A DNA stretch of 64,000 nt from Ascidiella aspersa (Eukaryota), in NCBI GenBank assembly GCA_963924565.1, contig OZ004607.1, positions 35,774,001-35,838,000 on the forward strand, given 5' to 3'. The notes under the pieces were generated by a model. The model had not been told where the DNA came from and did no database searches. It worked only from the letters and a program-made list of their open reading frames with translations. Positions 40,601-55,600 of the stretch are shown here, one piece after another. Both the position numbers and the translations under genes were made by a program. The number at the start of each line of letters is the position of its first letter. The first letter of the stretch is position 1.

Positions 40601-43600
40601 TGAGCCAAAAATGATCTATGCGTAATAAAAACAATAAAGCCGATACAGTAGTGGACTAATGCCTTCTCATACAGAGGAAGATGTCATTTTGAACGTTTCG
40701 AATAACTCTTTAGTTATTTACAACATAGTAAGAAGGCACTATAGTGCTGATAAATATTGCATTCCGAGTAATATATAAAAACTTATTTCTGTGAGGTAGG
40801 TGCCTTATAAGCAGTTTAAGCAATTTAAGTTAATCTAATAAGAAACGTTAAAAATGATACCTGCTTCTGTATGGGATTCGGTATTCTTATTACGTCTTAC
40901 TACAACATCCAACCATTATGTCCCAAAAGATCTATAAGAAATCCATTTATTAACGAAAATCAAAACTATACACGAAGAGCAAAACTATCAGTGTTTTATT
41001 TAAAAAAAGCAAATCGGTTTTAAGCGGACGACATTGCTTAACGTTAAGGAGCATCTTTGCCTTGGGTTAACAGTACGTACCGTACTATAGACCAGGGGTT
41101 CTTAAACTGGGGTCCATGGACCCCTTGGGGGTCCGTGAACTAGTTTTAGGGGGTCCATGAAACCCAATTGAAATATTAGTGTATATTTAAGAAGTAATAT
41201 ATTTATCAAAAAAATAAAATAAAAACGGCTTTGTACTTATGCATACGGCTCCATTTTACTTTCACAGTCACATTTTTCGACCGAAATCAGCAGATTTATA
41301 AAGTCTATTTGTATTGTGACGTAAATTTATGACGTCATTAGTTAAATTTTTGCCTACCGGGGTCCACGCGAGACGAAAAAAAAATTAGGGGTCCGCGGTA
41401 AAAACATTTAAGAACCCCTGCTATAGACTTACACACGTGAGCTAGCTATAACTAACCAAGCAAATGTGTTCAGTCGCACAAGGGCTTTAACAAGTGTTCC
41501 GTTTACCTACGCTCGTAAAATACGAGTTAAAGCACTTTATTAGCACTACTTAAGCTCACCTTTGTGTTACAAGTTCGATAACGAACGAGATCCTTTGAGT
41601 AGGCGGCGCAATTCTTCCTAAAAAAACACCAAATTATTAGCAATTATAAGTATAAAACACCAGTTTACTAAAGCCATTCTAATGTTTTTCGTTAAAACAT
41701 TTGAAACATGGTTCTTGTCAATATATTGGAGTTTGTGTTATTCATATGGACCTCAAACGCTACATGTTAAACTTGCAACTGTTGCATGTTTGGCGTTCAG
41801 CATTACTTTTACTCTTCCGGTATATAAAGGCAATCTAACTTTAGGAAAAGGTTATAAATTGTGATCTGGCTTTTACTGGGTATAGTTAAAATAAGTGTTA
41901 AATAGATATCATTGCTTTAGGTTTCGAGCGCACCGTGGAAAACCTAATAAACTGTACCGGCCGTAAACCAAAAATCCACACCAGTCACTAGCTCAGCAGA
42001 ACCGATGTTTGTACTGCTTTATTACTTTTTTAAAGGGGCAATAACGTTCAGTGGATTCTACCAGCTGTTACTATGGGCGAAGGACAAGAGAGACCACATT
42101 CAAACACCGTCTCCTTATGTGGTTACCGGGCATTAAATGAGCTGAAGTTTTATTTGGAAAATAAAGGTTACCAATGACGATAGGCGTATGCCTTTGAAGG
42201 GAAAATGTAGGAATTTAAACCTGTCGGAAATGTTTGCGTTCAGGTAAGCAGCTGTACGCTATTCTTCAGCGATATAAACTATTAACCACACCCAAGTTAA
42301 TGCTCAATAATATATCGTATAACACGTATGGTCATATATATTTATATATATGTATCACATAGGCGCAGATTAAGGAGCTCGATCGCTAACAGTTACATGA
42401 TAAACTGGTGTTATATTATAGAGTATAGTAAATCCAAGTTGACCAAATGTTTCCCCTATAGGGAGTAGGGATTATCAGTGGTACAGAAATTTGTCAAAAG
42501 CAATCCTGTGCCAAGCAGGGTTTACTTTTATCTTTTAAAATTGGCAGAATCGCTGTGATAGGATTGAATCGCAACTTTGCCAATTCGGTATACCCATTCA
42601 CTTCTTCCAGGCAAAGCCAAGGACACACGCTATTTTGAAGAGTTTAACAAGAAAATAGCACTCAACTTCGGTCGGGGTCCAAAGGTGCGAGGGTTTTCGG
42701 GGACCTAAGCGGGTCACAGGCGTTCGAAAATGAGAATAATAAACGCGTTCAAAATTCCTGAAAGAAGCATTGCGATCAAAAGTCCAGCCAAACATGCCGC
42801 GCAAAGCTCAATTGCAGGGTCAGGAGTGTATATTACTACTTGGTACAACAGCAAGCGTCTAGGAGCCAGGTGCCTATGTGCCGATGTTAAGGGGGATCCG
42901 GGCTGGTTTGTAGGTGATGAAAGACAGTCATTGCTTTTTTGGCCAGGATCGTTATAAGGCATTTACCGCTGTTGTAATAACTTGACTTAAGTGATTATAA
43001 GCCACTTTTTTCAAAAGACTTAACTTAAAGTCTTTCAAGCAAATCACTTTAAAATGAAGTTTAATTTTTTGATAAAAATTGGGTTATTTATAGAAATTTC
43101 TGCACATAAACAATTTGCTTTCTGTATGCTGCGTTGACTTATTAGATATGATCGGACGAGCAATTTTGGTACTTTAACGTTTAATTTTGTATGAAAAGGA
43201 GCAGATTCGGAATTTACAATTGTATAAGAGCGTGAATGATTATGATCTTTATAGTTAAATCATATATGCATGGAATATATTCTGGCTGCAAAAGGTATCA
43301 GGATTGCGGCCAAAATGATTACCAGCATATTTTTTTTTGCTTTTTTAGTATACAAATACCCCGAGAAGCTAAAAAAAAACGTTAAAAATGACTCGGCCTT
43401 GGTCCAGCGATATTCTTTCCGGGAACAAATTCAATTTGCAATATTACTCCTTCTTAAAGTTTATCAGGGAACAAAAAGTTCACCTTTGTACATAAAATCA
43501 CACCGAAAAAAACAAAATTCGGCTGGCAGGGGAACTTTGTACTCGGCCAAAATTACTCATTACAGACGCGCTTATCACGATTGCGGTAAGTCGAAGTTCG

Positions 43601-46600
43601 AACCGGCCGAAAAAAACACGAGAGTTTAATCGACCAGCTCAAAATGCCTGCCCCAAACAAAAAAGCCTATGCAGCTTTGCGAGCTGCCGTTACTTAATAA
43701 CCTGTTGAGTTTGAAGTGCCAAACAAACAAATAAACATGCCAAGAGGGTTCATGTGTGCAAAAATCTCGTGTGCGTGACCGAATGCACAACGCATGCTCT
43801 TGTGCCTTGTAACTTGTAACTAGAAACCTAAATATACCCGGGACTGGCTTCGACATCACCACGTTTGTTTGGTTAACCGTTTCAACTCTGGCCAAACGGG
43901 ATGTAAGGCCACCACAAGCCTAATGCTTTACAGGGGACCCATGACAAATCAGTAAACCATTCATTAACGTAGTAAGAATATGAAAGTCCATACGGAAGTA
44001 TAGGTTTCATTTTAAACGTTTCAAATAAAGCTTAAGATAATGTTTGGAGGTTGTAGTTAGACGTAGAATGGATATCAAAGCCTCTACAGAATTTGGTTTC
44101 ATTTCGAACGTTCCAAATATATATTTATTCATTTTCAACATGGTAGACTATCACACGCGCTTTTAATATGCATAAAGACGTTGAAAATAAACAAAGAATT
44201 TTTCGAAACGTTCAAAATACTTCCTACTTCTGTATGGGCTTTGATATTCTTATTACGTCTTACTATACAACCTCCAACCATTATGCTCCATTCATTAGCG
44301 GAATTTAACTTCGCGCATGGGCTGAGCTTTCGGTTGTTTAGGCTGAATGCACTTTATTTGGGATATCACAGCTCCAAACAAGGCTGGTACTGAAACTTAA
44401 AAGCCAAACGGCAATTGATGTGAGAATGTAAAAGTTTCCTGACAAACAAAACAGCCCAGTAATTATCCTTAACGACTTTATTATCCGATGCCGTTTAACT
44501 GAACTGATTTGTTATAGAAAAAAAGGTATAACTATGGTAAATTTGAAAATCATGTTTTAGACTGTTAAAAAGGAAATAGTACAAAACAACAATTAAAAAA
44601 AAATATATTGTTAAATAGGGAACCTGATTTATAGTTTTCTGTTACCTCAAAACCCCATTAACAAAGTATTGTCATTTTGGGCGACTGAACTGTGTTCAAT
44701 TGCCTGTCGTTTTGATCAATATTCTAAGATTTGAACATAGAAATGTAACTGCGTTGGAATGCCCACTGAATTTTAGAGCAAAATGTAGCGAAATTGTTGT
44801 GACAACACAAAACGGCCACAAACGTTCAACTAAACCTACAAAACCTATATGGAGCAGTTCAACATCGACCAATGTAATGCAAATAAAACGACAATGCTTT
44901 TGACGTAGTATTGACTACAAACAAACATCGAACTGAACCACAAACCCAACAGAGGCGCGTTTTCCCGCGGAAAAAGCCCCCTTGGGTACTTACCCCTTGC
45001 AGAATCGTCGAGCGAAGGATGCCCCGCCCCCGCACGTTCTAGAACATTCGCTCCACGTCGTCCAAGCAGAGAGCGAAGAGCGCGGCACCTGTTCAAAGAC
45101 ACGAATGACGAATTAGTTTCGGCCGTGTGTTGTGGGCCGGCTATAAATCTAGCTTCGTTTTGGGAGGAATATTGCTTTTTACTTGTAGTGTCGACGCTTT
45201 GGGCCGCTATCAAACACCTGTATCCCTATTTGTGCCTGGTTTTCATAGCCTTTTCGCTCAATAAAATGTGTTTTGGAATTTCTTATAGGCCAATTAACAT
45301 ATAAACTTGTACGGCACCAGGATCCCATTTTAAGTACATTACCACACCTTCGTCAGTCCAAAGGGCATTTCTTAAACCAGCCGTATCTTTTTCGTGGCCC
45401 TTTGAACACTGCCCATGAAAAAAGGGGTTTAAAGGTAAGTCAAACTTTCTATGTGTACCTGTTACAGGTGCAGTTCAACAAAAGGCAAAAACGTAGTTGA
45501 ATTTTCAAATTGCTCTAAAAATGTTTTGCGAGTTGGAGAAGGCACTAACAGGTTTCAAACTAGCAATCAAGTTATTATGGCATGAAAATTGATTTTTCCG
45601 TGTCCCAAATACAGTTAAAAGTAACCTATAAACTAATATCCTGTCTGTAAAATGTATTGCCTAAAATGGTGGGTCACAACGGAAAATAAAACGCGCCGAT
45701 GGCTGCATTTTGCAGTTGTTGACGCAGGATTCGGCGTCTCCCGTCGAGACTGACTCCCAAAGTGGAGAAACATGTGTGTTTTGGTGATTCATGTCCGGAA
45801 TGTTGTCTGCTGCTGCCCCCTTGCTGGTAAGCCCGGTACATTTAAAGAACACGGAAATTTGCCCGTCTGCAAGCCGTCAATTTCACGGCGGCCAATTTAG
45901 GCACAAGTTAAGCGGGCGACCAACTGCTGAAAACCGCCAAAGCTGGTGTTTACGCAAAGGATAGAATTCGGGCAAAACACCGGGCCTTGTTTGTAATTTT
46001 GAACAAAGTGTGCCACGCTAATTATACGGAAAGCATCAAGATACTGCCTTTTGCTATACTGCTTATAAACAAGTGCACATAGCGCTTTGTTATAGAACCT
46101 TAAATGACTATAAGCAGTGAAGACTTTAAATTAAAATAGTCAATGTGTAGTATTCAAAGGGCTGTAAGAGGTCATTTTACTTGAAATATTAAATTAGCCT
46201 TTCCGAAAAGGCAACTTGGTTAGCCTAAAATTTACATTTTTAAAAACTTACTCCGTGACCAAATTATCACATACGAAACAAAAATGATGTACAACGTAAA
46301 AATAAGAACAGTAGCGTTTAGCCGAAGACCACGGAAAACGCTGCAAACTTTCGTACAAGAATTGTTTGCGTCAACGCCTGGCGTATGGACGACAGGGCAG
46401 ATGCAAAAAAGGCCTCGGCCGCGCCTTTCAAAGCAAAGCATAGACACAAGGGCGTAGGCTTCCCAATGAATGGCGATGCTGAAGGCGTCGAATGACGACA
46501 TCATCGATTACAGTGATAAATGGAGGCTGCTCAGTGGGAGAGGGAAGGCCTTGTAGCGCTCTACCCTGAAATGCGCCCAGCGCGTCCATCGCTGACGAAA

Positions 46601-49600
46601 CCCAAGCTCCCATTTTCATCTGGACCACTACGCTAACCAGTTACATATTATGTCCAGCGTTGTAACCACCTAGGGCTCAATTACCTTACTTAACTGCACT
46701 GAATTCGTCGTTTTAAAATGATTTGACCTTTCACTTAAGGGGGCAAACCAGTAAACAAATGACCTAAGTTGTGTTTTTTTTCATAATTTTTTACCGCCAG
46801 CAAGACATTGTTTTTAAATGACTTTTGTGCAAATGACATAGCTCGAAACTGACTTGCTATACCAATGACTTGGACCGACTTGACTTGGGTAAGTTTAAAC
46901 TTAGACTTATAAGTTGACAATGACTTGACTTGGACTTGTTTTGTTTTGCACATGACATGTCTGGGACTTGACAAAAAAGACTTGTGCAAAACAGTATTGC
47001 GATAACTTCTTTTTTCACAATATCATCGCCATAATTTCCGCGTAGGATTGCTTTTCAAAGAAACATATAAACTGAAACATGCTTGATAGAAAACGCTAAT
47101 GTTCAGTCGTAAAATCATATCGCCAGTGAGTTTTATCAGTGCCTCACAAAGACAGAAACTATTTAAATTGAAGAGTATTTAGCCGTAGAGTCACCTTGGC
47201 AATTCCTTTGTCACTTATATGTCAAAATATAATCAGCATTAATGCCTCAAAGACATGATAAAATAAGGCTGCATAACCATTTAACTATAGCAACCGAAAC
47301 GTGCCTAATGTATGGCGACGGTAGAACCAGTAATCACCAATTCCTGGCATTAACTCTCTTATATCTTTCCTTACAAAGCCGTGTGCTGGCGCGTGTATTT
47401 AGTGTCAAAATAGAAGGGTCGGTCTGGCTGCACTTGACGTATTGCACAAGGCACACCTTGAAAGGGACGTGAAAAATGGGAAGACCTTTAACCCACGTGT
47501 ATTTCCAGTGTGCCTATAGTAGGACCCTACCTATGTGTGCATTTTGTCATGTCATTATATTTGATGATGTTTTGCGGGGCGTTTTCGATATAAAAAATGA
47601 TCGAAAAAAAATTGAGAAATTGACTCGTTTTTAAAAAGACTGCATTACCAAGGTTTTTTCTTAGTTACGATTAATAAATGCAAGTATGCAAAAAATACAA
47701 AGAAACTTCGTGAAACACAAAGAAAAACAAATAAAAAAAAACAGGAAAACAAATAATTAGATGAAAAAATGAAAAATTTAGTTTTTTTAACGAAATGTTA
47801 CACAGTCAAAGTTGCTTGATTTAGTGTATAGTGGATTAGGAAGGTGTGAAAAGTGGGTGTTGTATACAGAGGCGTGCTATTTTAAGATAAGTGATTTCGG
47901 ATGTTTAAAATTCCCCGACAGTTCCGCTCCGGCTGATAAATCGTTTTTCGCAAATTTCTAAAGCGGACAAACTTTGACGAATCGCTTCCACACTGTTGTT
48001 TCGCGACGCCGTGACAGTTTAAACATTTATCAATTTAAATCGATACACAAGGACACAAGGCAACTTCAGATGCTCGACGAGATTAGCTGCCATTATCCGT
48101 CAAAGTGTGTAGAACAAACATATCTTTCATTTGGGCCGTAAGCGATGTTATCGTTAAGCAAACGCGCTCGTTATTCAAGGGCGCAATAAAAAGAAGTTTC
48201 TGCTAAAAATACACGGACATTCGCCATGACAAGGACCTAGCGACAAAAAGCTTGTCGTTGACAACGTTTATTAGACTTTTTTCAGCTATTCAGCAGGAAA
48301 GAAAACAAGTTGTGAAAGCGTCGTACTTCTTTGGCCATTCACCGAAACTTATCGTAAACTTATAAGAATATCGAAGCCCATAGAGAAGTATCATTTAGAA
48401 CGTTTCGAATAACTCTTGTTTTATATTTTTGCTAGGTCTTGTCGAAACCAATTTGACAATATGTGACCAAGGGCTCGAAACGTTTTATTTGGGAGATTGA
48501 GTTTCTTCGTGTCGCCATTACGAGTAAACGTCCAATGTCTTAAAACATTTATGTAAATGTGGATAGTTACCGCAATGATGGTGAACTTCTAGAATGTCAA
48601 TAATAAAACCAAAATGTATATGTAATAAATAACAGCGGCGTGAGTTTGAGTGCATTGAAATGTTCCACAAAAAACAACCCTATATCAGCAAAATTTAACC
48701 CCCAAAAACATAGCGATACTCACCCCCAAACACCAGGATAATTGCTGTAATTTAAAACAAAAAGGTCACAGTACATAATATTTTATATTTCCTGTAAGCA
48801 GCACGTCAATAATATACTGACATACTTAAAATGTAAACAAAAATATAAAACCAAATGCGCAGTTAAGGGTAATGCACACCCGGGCAACGGCAAAAAAGCA
48901 CACTCACCTTTGCGCGCGAATCAAAGTCGGATGAGTCGGCGGCGTCTAGGATTGCTGAGTCATCTTCGGCAAGGACGGCAATCAGAACCTGCACGGAGAA
49001 ATATATTGACTTGGGGCAAATATTGGCGGGTAGAGGAAGGCAGACGCCAGTAAGTGACCATTATCAGGGGGAAGCAGTAGGGTGCCTAACTGAAACAAGC
49101 AGCTCCAATGTTTAAAGCCTAACATCTTCAGAAGAACAACAAATATCGATCAAACGTTTTTAACACTTTCTTTATAATATATATCGTTTCTTAAAATTAA
49201 CAGAACATATATTGTTTTTTCTTTTGCCTAATATGTGCTTTTTTTTTTTTTTTCTTTTTTTTTCTTTTTTCGACAATTGGTATTCCTATGCGGTCACCCA
49301 TCCAAGTACTAGCCAATCCTGAGGTTGCTTAACTTCCGAGATCAGACAAAAGTCAGCATAAAAATAGGCATCATTAGTTTTTTTATTTTCATTAAACAGT
49401 TTAAACTGAATCGAAGCAAGAATCTTTATTTTTCATGCATCGTATTTGAGATATTCCTTACAATTACGTGTTTCGGTTTTATCATAGCAACATAATCTAA
49501 ATCGAGCAATCCTAATTTTGTCGACAAATATCAAAAACCGCAACATTAATATTTATTAGTAGTATTGCACAGTAATAATAAGCCTCTTAAGCGTCGAGCG

Positions 49601-52600
49601 TGCAGAATACGGCCCTCATATCATCTTAGAAAAAGGCATAATTTGACCGCCAATAATTTCGGTTAGGTCTCGTGTGGCTAAATGAAGCGCTAAGTAAATC
49701 TAATAGCGAACTAATGGAGCGGTCCGTCTTTGAGATTGATATTACAGATCGATCTGTTTTAAGAGTTTTACGAGGGCTCTTACGTGAAAAGTGCTGCAGA
49801 CCCGATCAAAAACACAGATCGCTGGCTCTATAAAACGGGGAAAAAGTGTGGCTGCACATATTCGTTTACGTAATTGCTGCAGAGCAAGTTAAGCCACACA
49901 CTGCACACAGGCACTGATTTAGTTACGCAATTGGCGGTCGAGATAGATTGAAAGCTAATACCTTCTTGTTAAATTTGTTTTAAGTCGACCTTAATTTATC
50001 CCCGACCTTAATTCCCCGGTGCCTGTGTTGGCGAAATATATAATCTTTTAAGATGTCTTAATTGTGTCTGACCTGAGTTGCTAGCAATTGGCTAGAGTAC
50101 TCTGCTGCTACACATATTCATTTACGTAATTGCTTTGAGCAAGGTTTACGTAATTGCCACAGAGCCAGAGGCCACACAAGCACTGATTTCTAGTTGCGAA
50201 ATTCGCAATCGAAATAGATCGAAAGCTTTTACCATCTTTTCATAAATGTTTCAACACCACACGCCGCGTCATATCGTTAGAAATCCAACACCGGCTTTCT
50301 AGACGTTTGGATGAGGGGAATTAAAACGCCTGCGATGATTTACACGAGAAATCCCCAAACTCATTTTAATCAACCACGCAAACAAATCTAATTGCGCCCG
50401 AACTGTCATTCCCGGCTTACGCTTTCACTTAAAGGATCTGCGCGATCCCTATAATGCCGACGGGTGTGTTTCAATTTCGGGGAAGAAATGAGCACGGGGC
50501 GATGGAATGAACTTCGTTGCAATATCGGGTCACGGGAAATTTGAAACCTGTAACGGCCCTTTAAGCGGCGCATCACTTACTTGGCCTGTTGGGTGGATCA
50601 CGCTAAGCTTTGCGCGACTATTTGAGGTTTGTCTACCAGACTTGGACGACTAGATGTACTTAAGCTTTTTAAAATTAAAATTAAATTAGAATTAGAGCAT
50701 TTCAGTATTTTTCATATTAGATTGTAACTAGAAATAGATCATTTTGAGTTCTAAAACTAGATTAGAATTAGAATTTGCGAAGTCTTCAAAACCAATATTT
50801 AAACTAGAATTACATTTATTTATTTACAATTAATTTATTTAAATTATGATTTATTCTTATAAGAATGTGAATGTTAAATTTTTGTTGGCTAATTTTGATA
50901 TGCTATATCACAACCTATATGCTTTTCAGATTGTAAAAATCACCTACCATTCGACCCAGCCAATTAAAGCGTATTAACTCAAATTCTTTGTTTCGACTGA
51001 GAGACTAAAAATTACGTTGGAAAAAGTAGCATTTTTGGTAAAATCTGAATTAAATTTCAACTATAAAATTAGAGCGCACAAGATCTTCACAAACTAGATT
51101 AGAATTAGAATCAGTCGCATTTTGCTGTAATTCATCCAATTAGAAAGCTAGAACTATCTAGTTGCCAAGTCGATTGCCATTATAACGCCGGGAAATTGGT
51201 TCGAACTGAAGGGGCGTTTGGCGGGTCCCTTTCATGCCGCAACGAGTCCCGGAACACGAAAACAAAATCGCGGGCGTCGGCGATTGGGTTTCTGACTGAC
51301 GCTGAAATCCCTGGACAAAGTTTGCGTCGGTCGCACAAGATGCCATAAGCTAACACTTTGTCCGCCCTAAAAGCACCTTAAAGGAGAGTGGGCCATTTCG
51401 AAAGGTGTCGGATGTGTACAAGGGGGTAATTGGGGCCGCCCCCTGGGATCATTCGGCGGTTTGCGAGCTGCGGGGGGTCCGAAAGTGTCTGGTTTTTTAT
51501 TCGAAAGTATCGCCCCCATTTGTAAGTGGGGTGAACGGGGTCATGAGAAGATGGGAGTTCAACCGACGTCATATGATACGAATGAAAGGCTAACATTGTA
51601 TTGTAGCGTGTCGTTTAATTATTGTATTCGCGACACGCGACTTGCGTCTCGTTGTGTTGCATGTAAAGTCACTCGATTAAACTACGCGCTGCTGAGAGGC
51701 CGTGCTTTATGTGCTCCTACAAATGATGACCCCGACGTGATTTGAACACGCAACCTTCTGATCACACGACTTTGTTTGTTATTGCGCATCGCTTTAAGGC
51801 AGTGTTGCTCAATAAACCTATGGGTCACGGCCCAAAATTAGGTCGCTGTATGGTTTGGTTGGGTCGCCAACTGTAGTAGTTTACATGGTTTGTTTTATTG
51901 AGATTTAAATAAAATTAGGAAAAATGTGGGGAAAAAACGAAGACATGACTCTAAATTCGAATTTTTTTATTGTATCTGTCTTATGTTTTGTTAACTTAAA
52001 AAAAGTTTAGTTAATGGTATTCGGTCGCCAAAGCTGCGTTGTTATATTGGTATTCAGATCACCGCGAAAAAAGGTTGAGAAACACTGGTTCAAAGGTAAA
52101 TAGCCGTGGTTCTTATCAGGGCCTTGTTCACGGGGACGCAAGCTCTACGGAAAACTCTGTTTATTTTGTTGAATTATTTTAAGGGTAAAATACTTCGCCA
52201 CAGGCGTTTAACAAAAGTCGGCCTTCGGGACAATACATTTGCCAGGGCGACATTCAAGCAAAAAGATACAAAATCCTAAGGTTAAGTCAACAAACAAACA
52301 AACAAATAGAGACGCAATTAAGAATCCACTCCGGACGGGCAAATTGATTTTTTCCCGGTCGAACGCCGCTAAATGCTCGATGTTACGTGCGTCGCAAGTA
52401 GGGTTTTAGGGGGTCGTGGCAGGGGCGAATCTGTGTCGCCCCCGGGGACCTTTCTGACGTCATTGGGGCGCCCGCGTTGCCCAAACAAGGCCACGGAAAG
52501 GCAAGTGTGGATTTTCATGGCGGAGCGAGGAATGTGGAATATCCTTCGAGGTATCAACAGACGAGATTGTGCAAAAGGTGTTTTGACAGCGAACTGCGGT

Positions 52601-55600
52601 TGCTCTTGTAAGTGAAACGGTTTACAGATGAAGCGAAGTTGGAATGCCATGAGATATCATGGCGTAAATTTGTCTGGTAACCGGAAATGCTGGAATTACG
52701 GTTTAATATGTTGTAATGAACGGAATTTTCTGGTATCTTTCAACTTAATCGCCTATAATGTTTAGACCACATTTATGGGGATGCTTGGTTGCGTGATTTC
52801 TTTTTTAAAGAAATTTTTAGTTCTTTGGAATAGGATGATAAAGTTGCAGATATAAAATCAAAAATTTGAATTGCGTTCACCAGAAATGTTTACATTGGTT
52901 TATTTTTAACAAAATTGTCATGTTCAAAAATCATCTGGAAAGTTTGCGTTTGCAACAAATTGGTTTCGTTAGTTTTTTCTAGCAATGTTCAATTTGAATT
53001 GTTATAGTAAAATAGTGCTTTACTTAAATAGAAAAACAAACACAATCTACACATTATTAGCTCGATTGAATTAATTTTAGTGTATGACTCAATATTCTAA
53101 AAATATTTATGATGTCTTATTCAAGACTTTAGGACTCGTGTAATTGCCTCTATCATTGTAAGGTTACGAAGCTTAGAGGAATTAAACTAAACGTGTCTAA
53201 TGCTACAAGCTTGTTTAGTGAAATTTCCACCTAACTTAATTGCAAAGCTCGCGTCATTCGTCAACTCATTTCAGCAGATACTCTGACATGAAGGATGGGT
53301 TCTATTCAACACAAACTTTTTATTGAGACACAATATGCCTTTTCACGTGAAGAGAGGTTGGTGGGCAAAAAAATAAACACGCAAATCTGAGAAATAAATG
53401 CACTTTCACTGCTGTCGACATATATCGCTTAAAACGGTTGCTTTACTATCACGTATTTGGCAGAGTTATTTACATTAACACAACAGTAACAAGAAAACGC
53501 CTCGATTTTCGTCTAAACTGCGAAGGAAGTGCGAAAAACATCACCTGAGTTGTTGTGTTTTACGAAACACAAAGTTTCAACGAGACAGCGTTTCGCCATT
53601 CACGCCTACCCAATATTGCCGTGACATTTCACGACAGACAGCACCCGTCAGTCAAGCTCAGGCGATGACGTCACAATGGATTTGGGCGACCCCGATGACA
53701 ATGGCCGCGGGTGCTTAGCGCCGACCCACCCCGCCCCCGTCAAAGGCACCAGACCGTGCAGAGCAGTGGTTTTGTGTAAGGCAGGGGTTCGCGTGGACCA
53801 CGGTAGGCAAAAAAAAATCAAAAATGACGTCATAAATTTACGTCACATACAGTCAAAATACATTCAGTGCTAAAACGTTTTATTTTTAATTATTCTCCTT
53901 TCTTGAAAAAAAAAAAAAAAAAAAAAAAAAGTTGATTTCTTCTTATATATACACTAGAACAATTTGGCCTTCATGGACCCCTTAAAATTAGTTGACGGAC
54001 CCTAGTTAAAAAATACCTGGTGTAAGACGATATTCCAAATTTGGCATCTATTGACTTCAGAAAATTAATTCAGTCATCTCTGCGGCGCTATGGACACCTG
54101 TCGGGCTATTTCTGTTGGCAATGTTTGCGACTATATACGCCCGAAACACGAATCACCAGCTAGCAACATGAAAAGAGGTTGTAGGTATTTTTGTTCGCAG
54201 CAGTCCGGCAACATTATAACAGCTTATAGATGGAAAGGGAGTCTCGAATTAAAATCTCTGCATGTTGCGTGTAATTGAAATCACTTCCAGCGAAACAAGA
54301 TTCCGGGCTTTATATGCCGGACCTGCGAAAAACTATTTAGAGTCAGAAATGTTTTTCTCCGACAAATTGATGGATGTTATGCGATTCCTTTCACTGGAAA
54401 AATTTAATAAGCGAATTCATTCACGCTTTGGCTTATAATGAAAATAACGTCCGGCCACCGTCCACGTTTTGCCCTCATAATAAGAGGGCGGAGCAATTAC
54501 TTTACAACCTCAATTCCGCCGTGGAGTTTCCAGTACGATGCGGCTACAGTGACTTTGTAAGGCCCTAATTTAATTTCAATGCGCTGTGGGGATGTTTTGT
54601 GGGTGAAAACCAAACTAGGAATTCCGAACATCGCATAAATCGCGAAAAGGGTTGGGAATATCTAAAGCACTGCTTCTTAAACTTTTTTTAGTTTTGTTTA
54701 CCCCTAGCATCTATATCCAGATTTAATTTACCTTTGTTTCATTATATGATAAAACTATCTCGTCTATATAAAACAGCACAACATGACTTAGTTTGTTTCG
54801 CAAGCTATCATCCATTTCTGACGGTTCACCCCTATTCACCCTTTTCGGTTGGTTCACCCCTGCAAAATTTTATTCACCCTGGGGTGAACCATTCACCTGA
54901 TTAAGCAACAGTGATCTAAAAGGCTGTGTTGTGTATGATGAATACAGGGTTAGGAGGCTTAGTGGTCGGGAAGCTACCATTGGTGAGGTCAAAAACACTC
55001 TTGTAGAAGCTATTGAAGGCCACTGCGTAAAACCACGGGTTATGAAAATTTGTTAGACGACGTCACAAATTACGTCATGACGTCACGTAACAAAACAACT
55101 AATTCTAAAACTGCTGGTGTTGAAATTATTCGTTTTTTTATAAATTGTCGAGACTTCAGTTAAAAGGATACGTGGGTTATCTATGCAGATAGAAGATATT
55201 GGAATATGACTTGAAAAAAATTCGAGCTTTGCACAGATCAACTTGACTAAATGTAGCCTATAGTTTGGGGTGGGCATGGTTTGGTGGCCTCTGACCGTTT
55301 CATACACTTTGGACTACACCTGAGATTGTTTAGGTGCTTACAGAAACGTTTAAATCGACTTGTTTGCCATATTGCTTGAACTTGCTCCTCTTTCTTACAT
55401 AATAAATCTTATTTCATTAGTGAACTAACATTTACAAGTGACACCGGAATTAAGAGGTAAAAATCCCAACGCCGCGCCTAAGCCACTAACTTGTAAATTG
55501 CCTGTAAGGAATGTGGCTCAGCATTGTGCAAAAGGCTTGGGCCGAAATCAAGACATTTTTACTGTAAACAAGACAAGGGTTAAACTTAATCCTTAAAAGA

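Noticed and set aside
43905-43955. Minus-strand W..C / ACGG-like fragments as an extra TSR exon
   Set aside because: Motif pieces are in different frames and lack splice sites.
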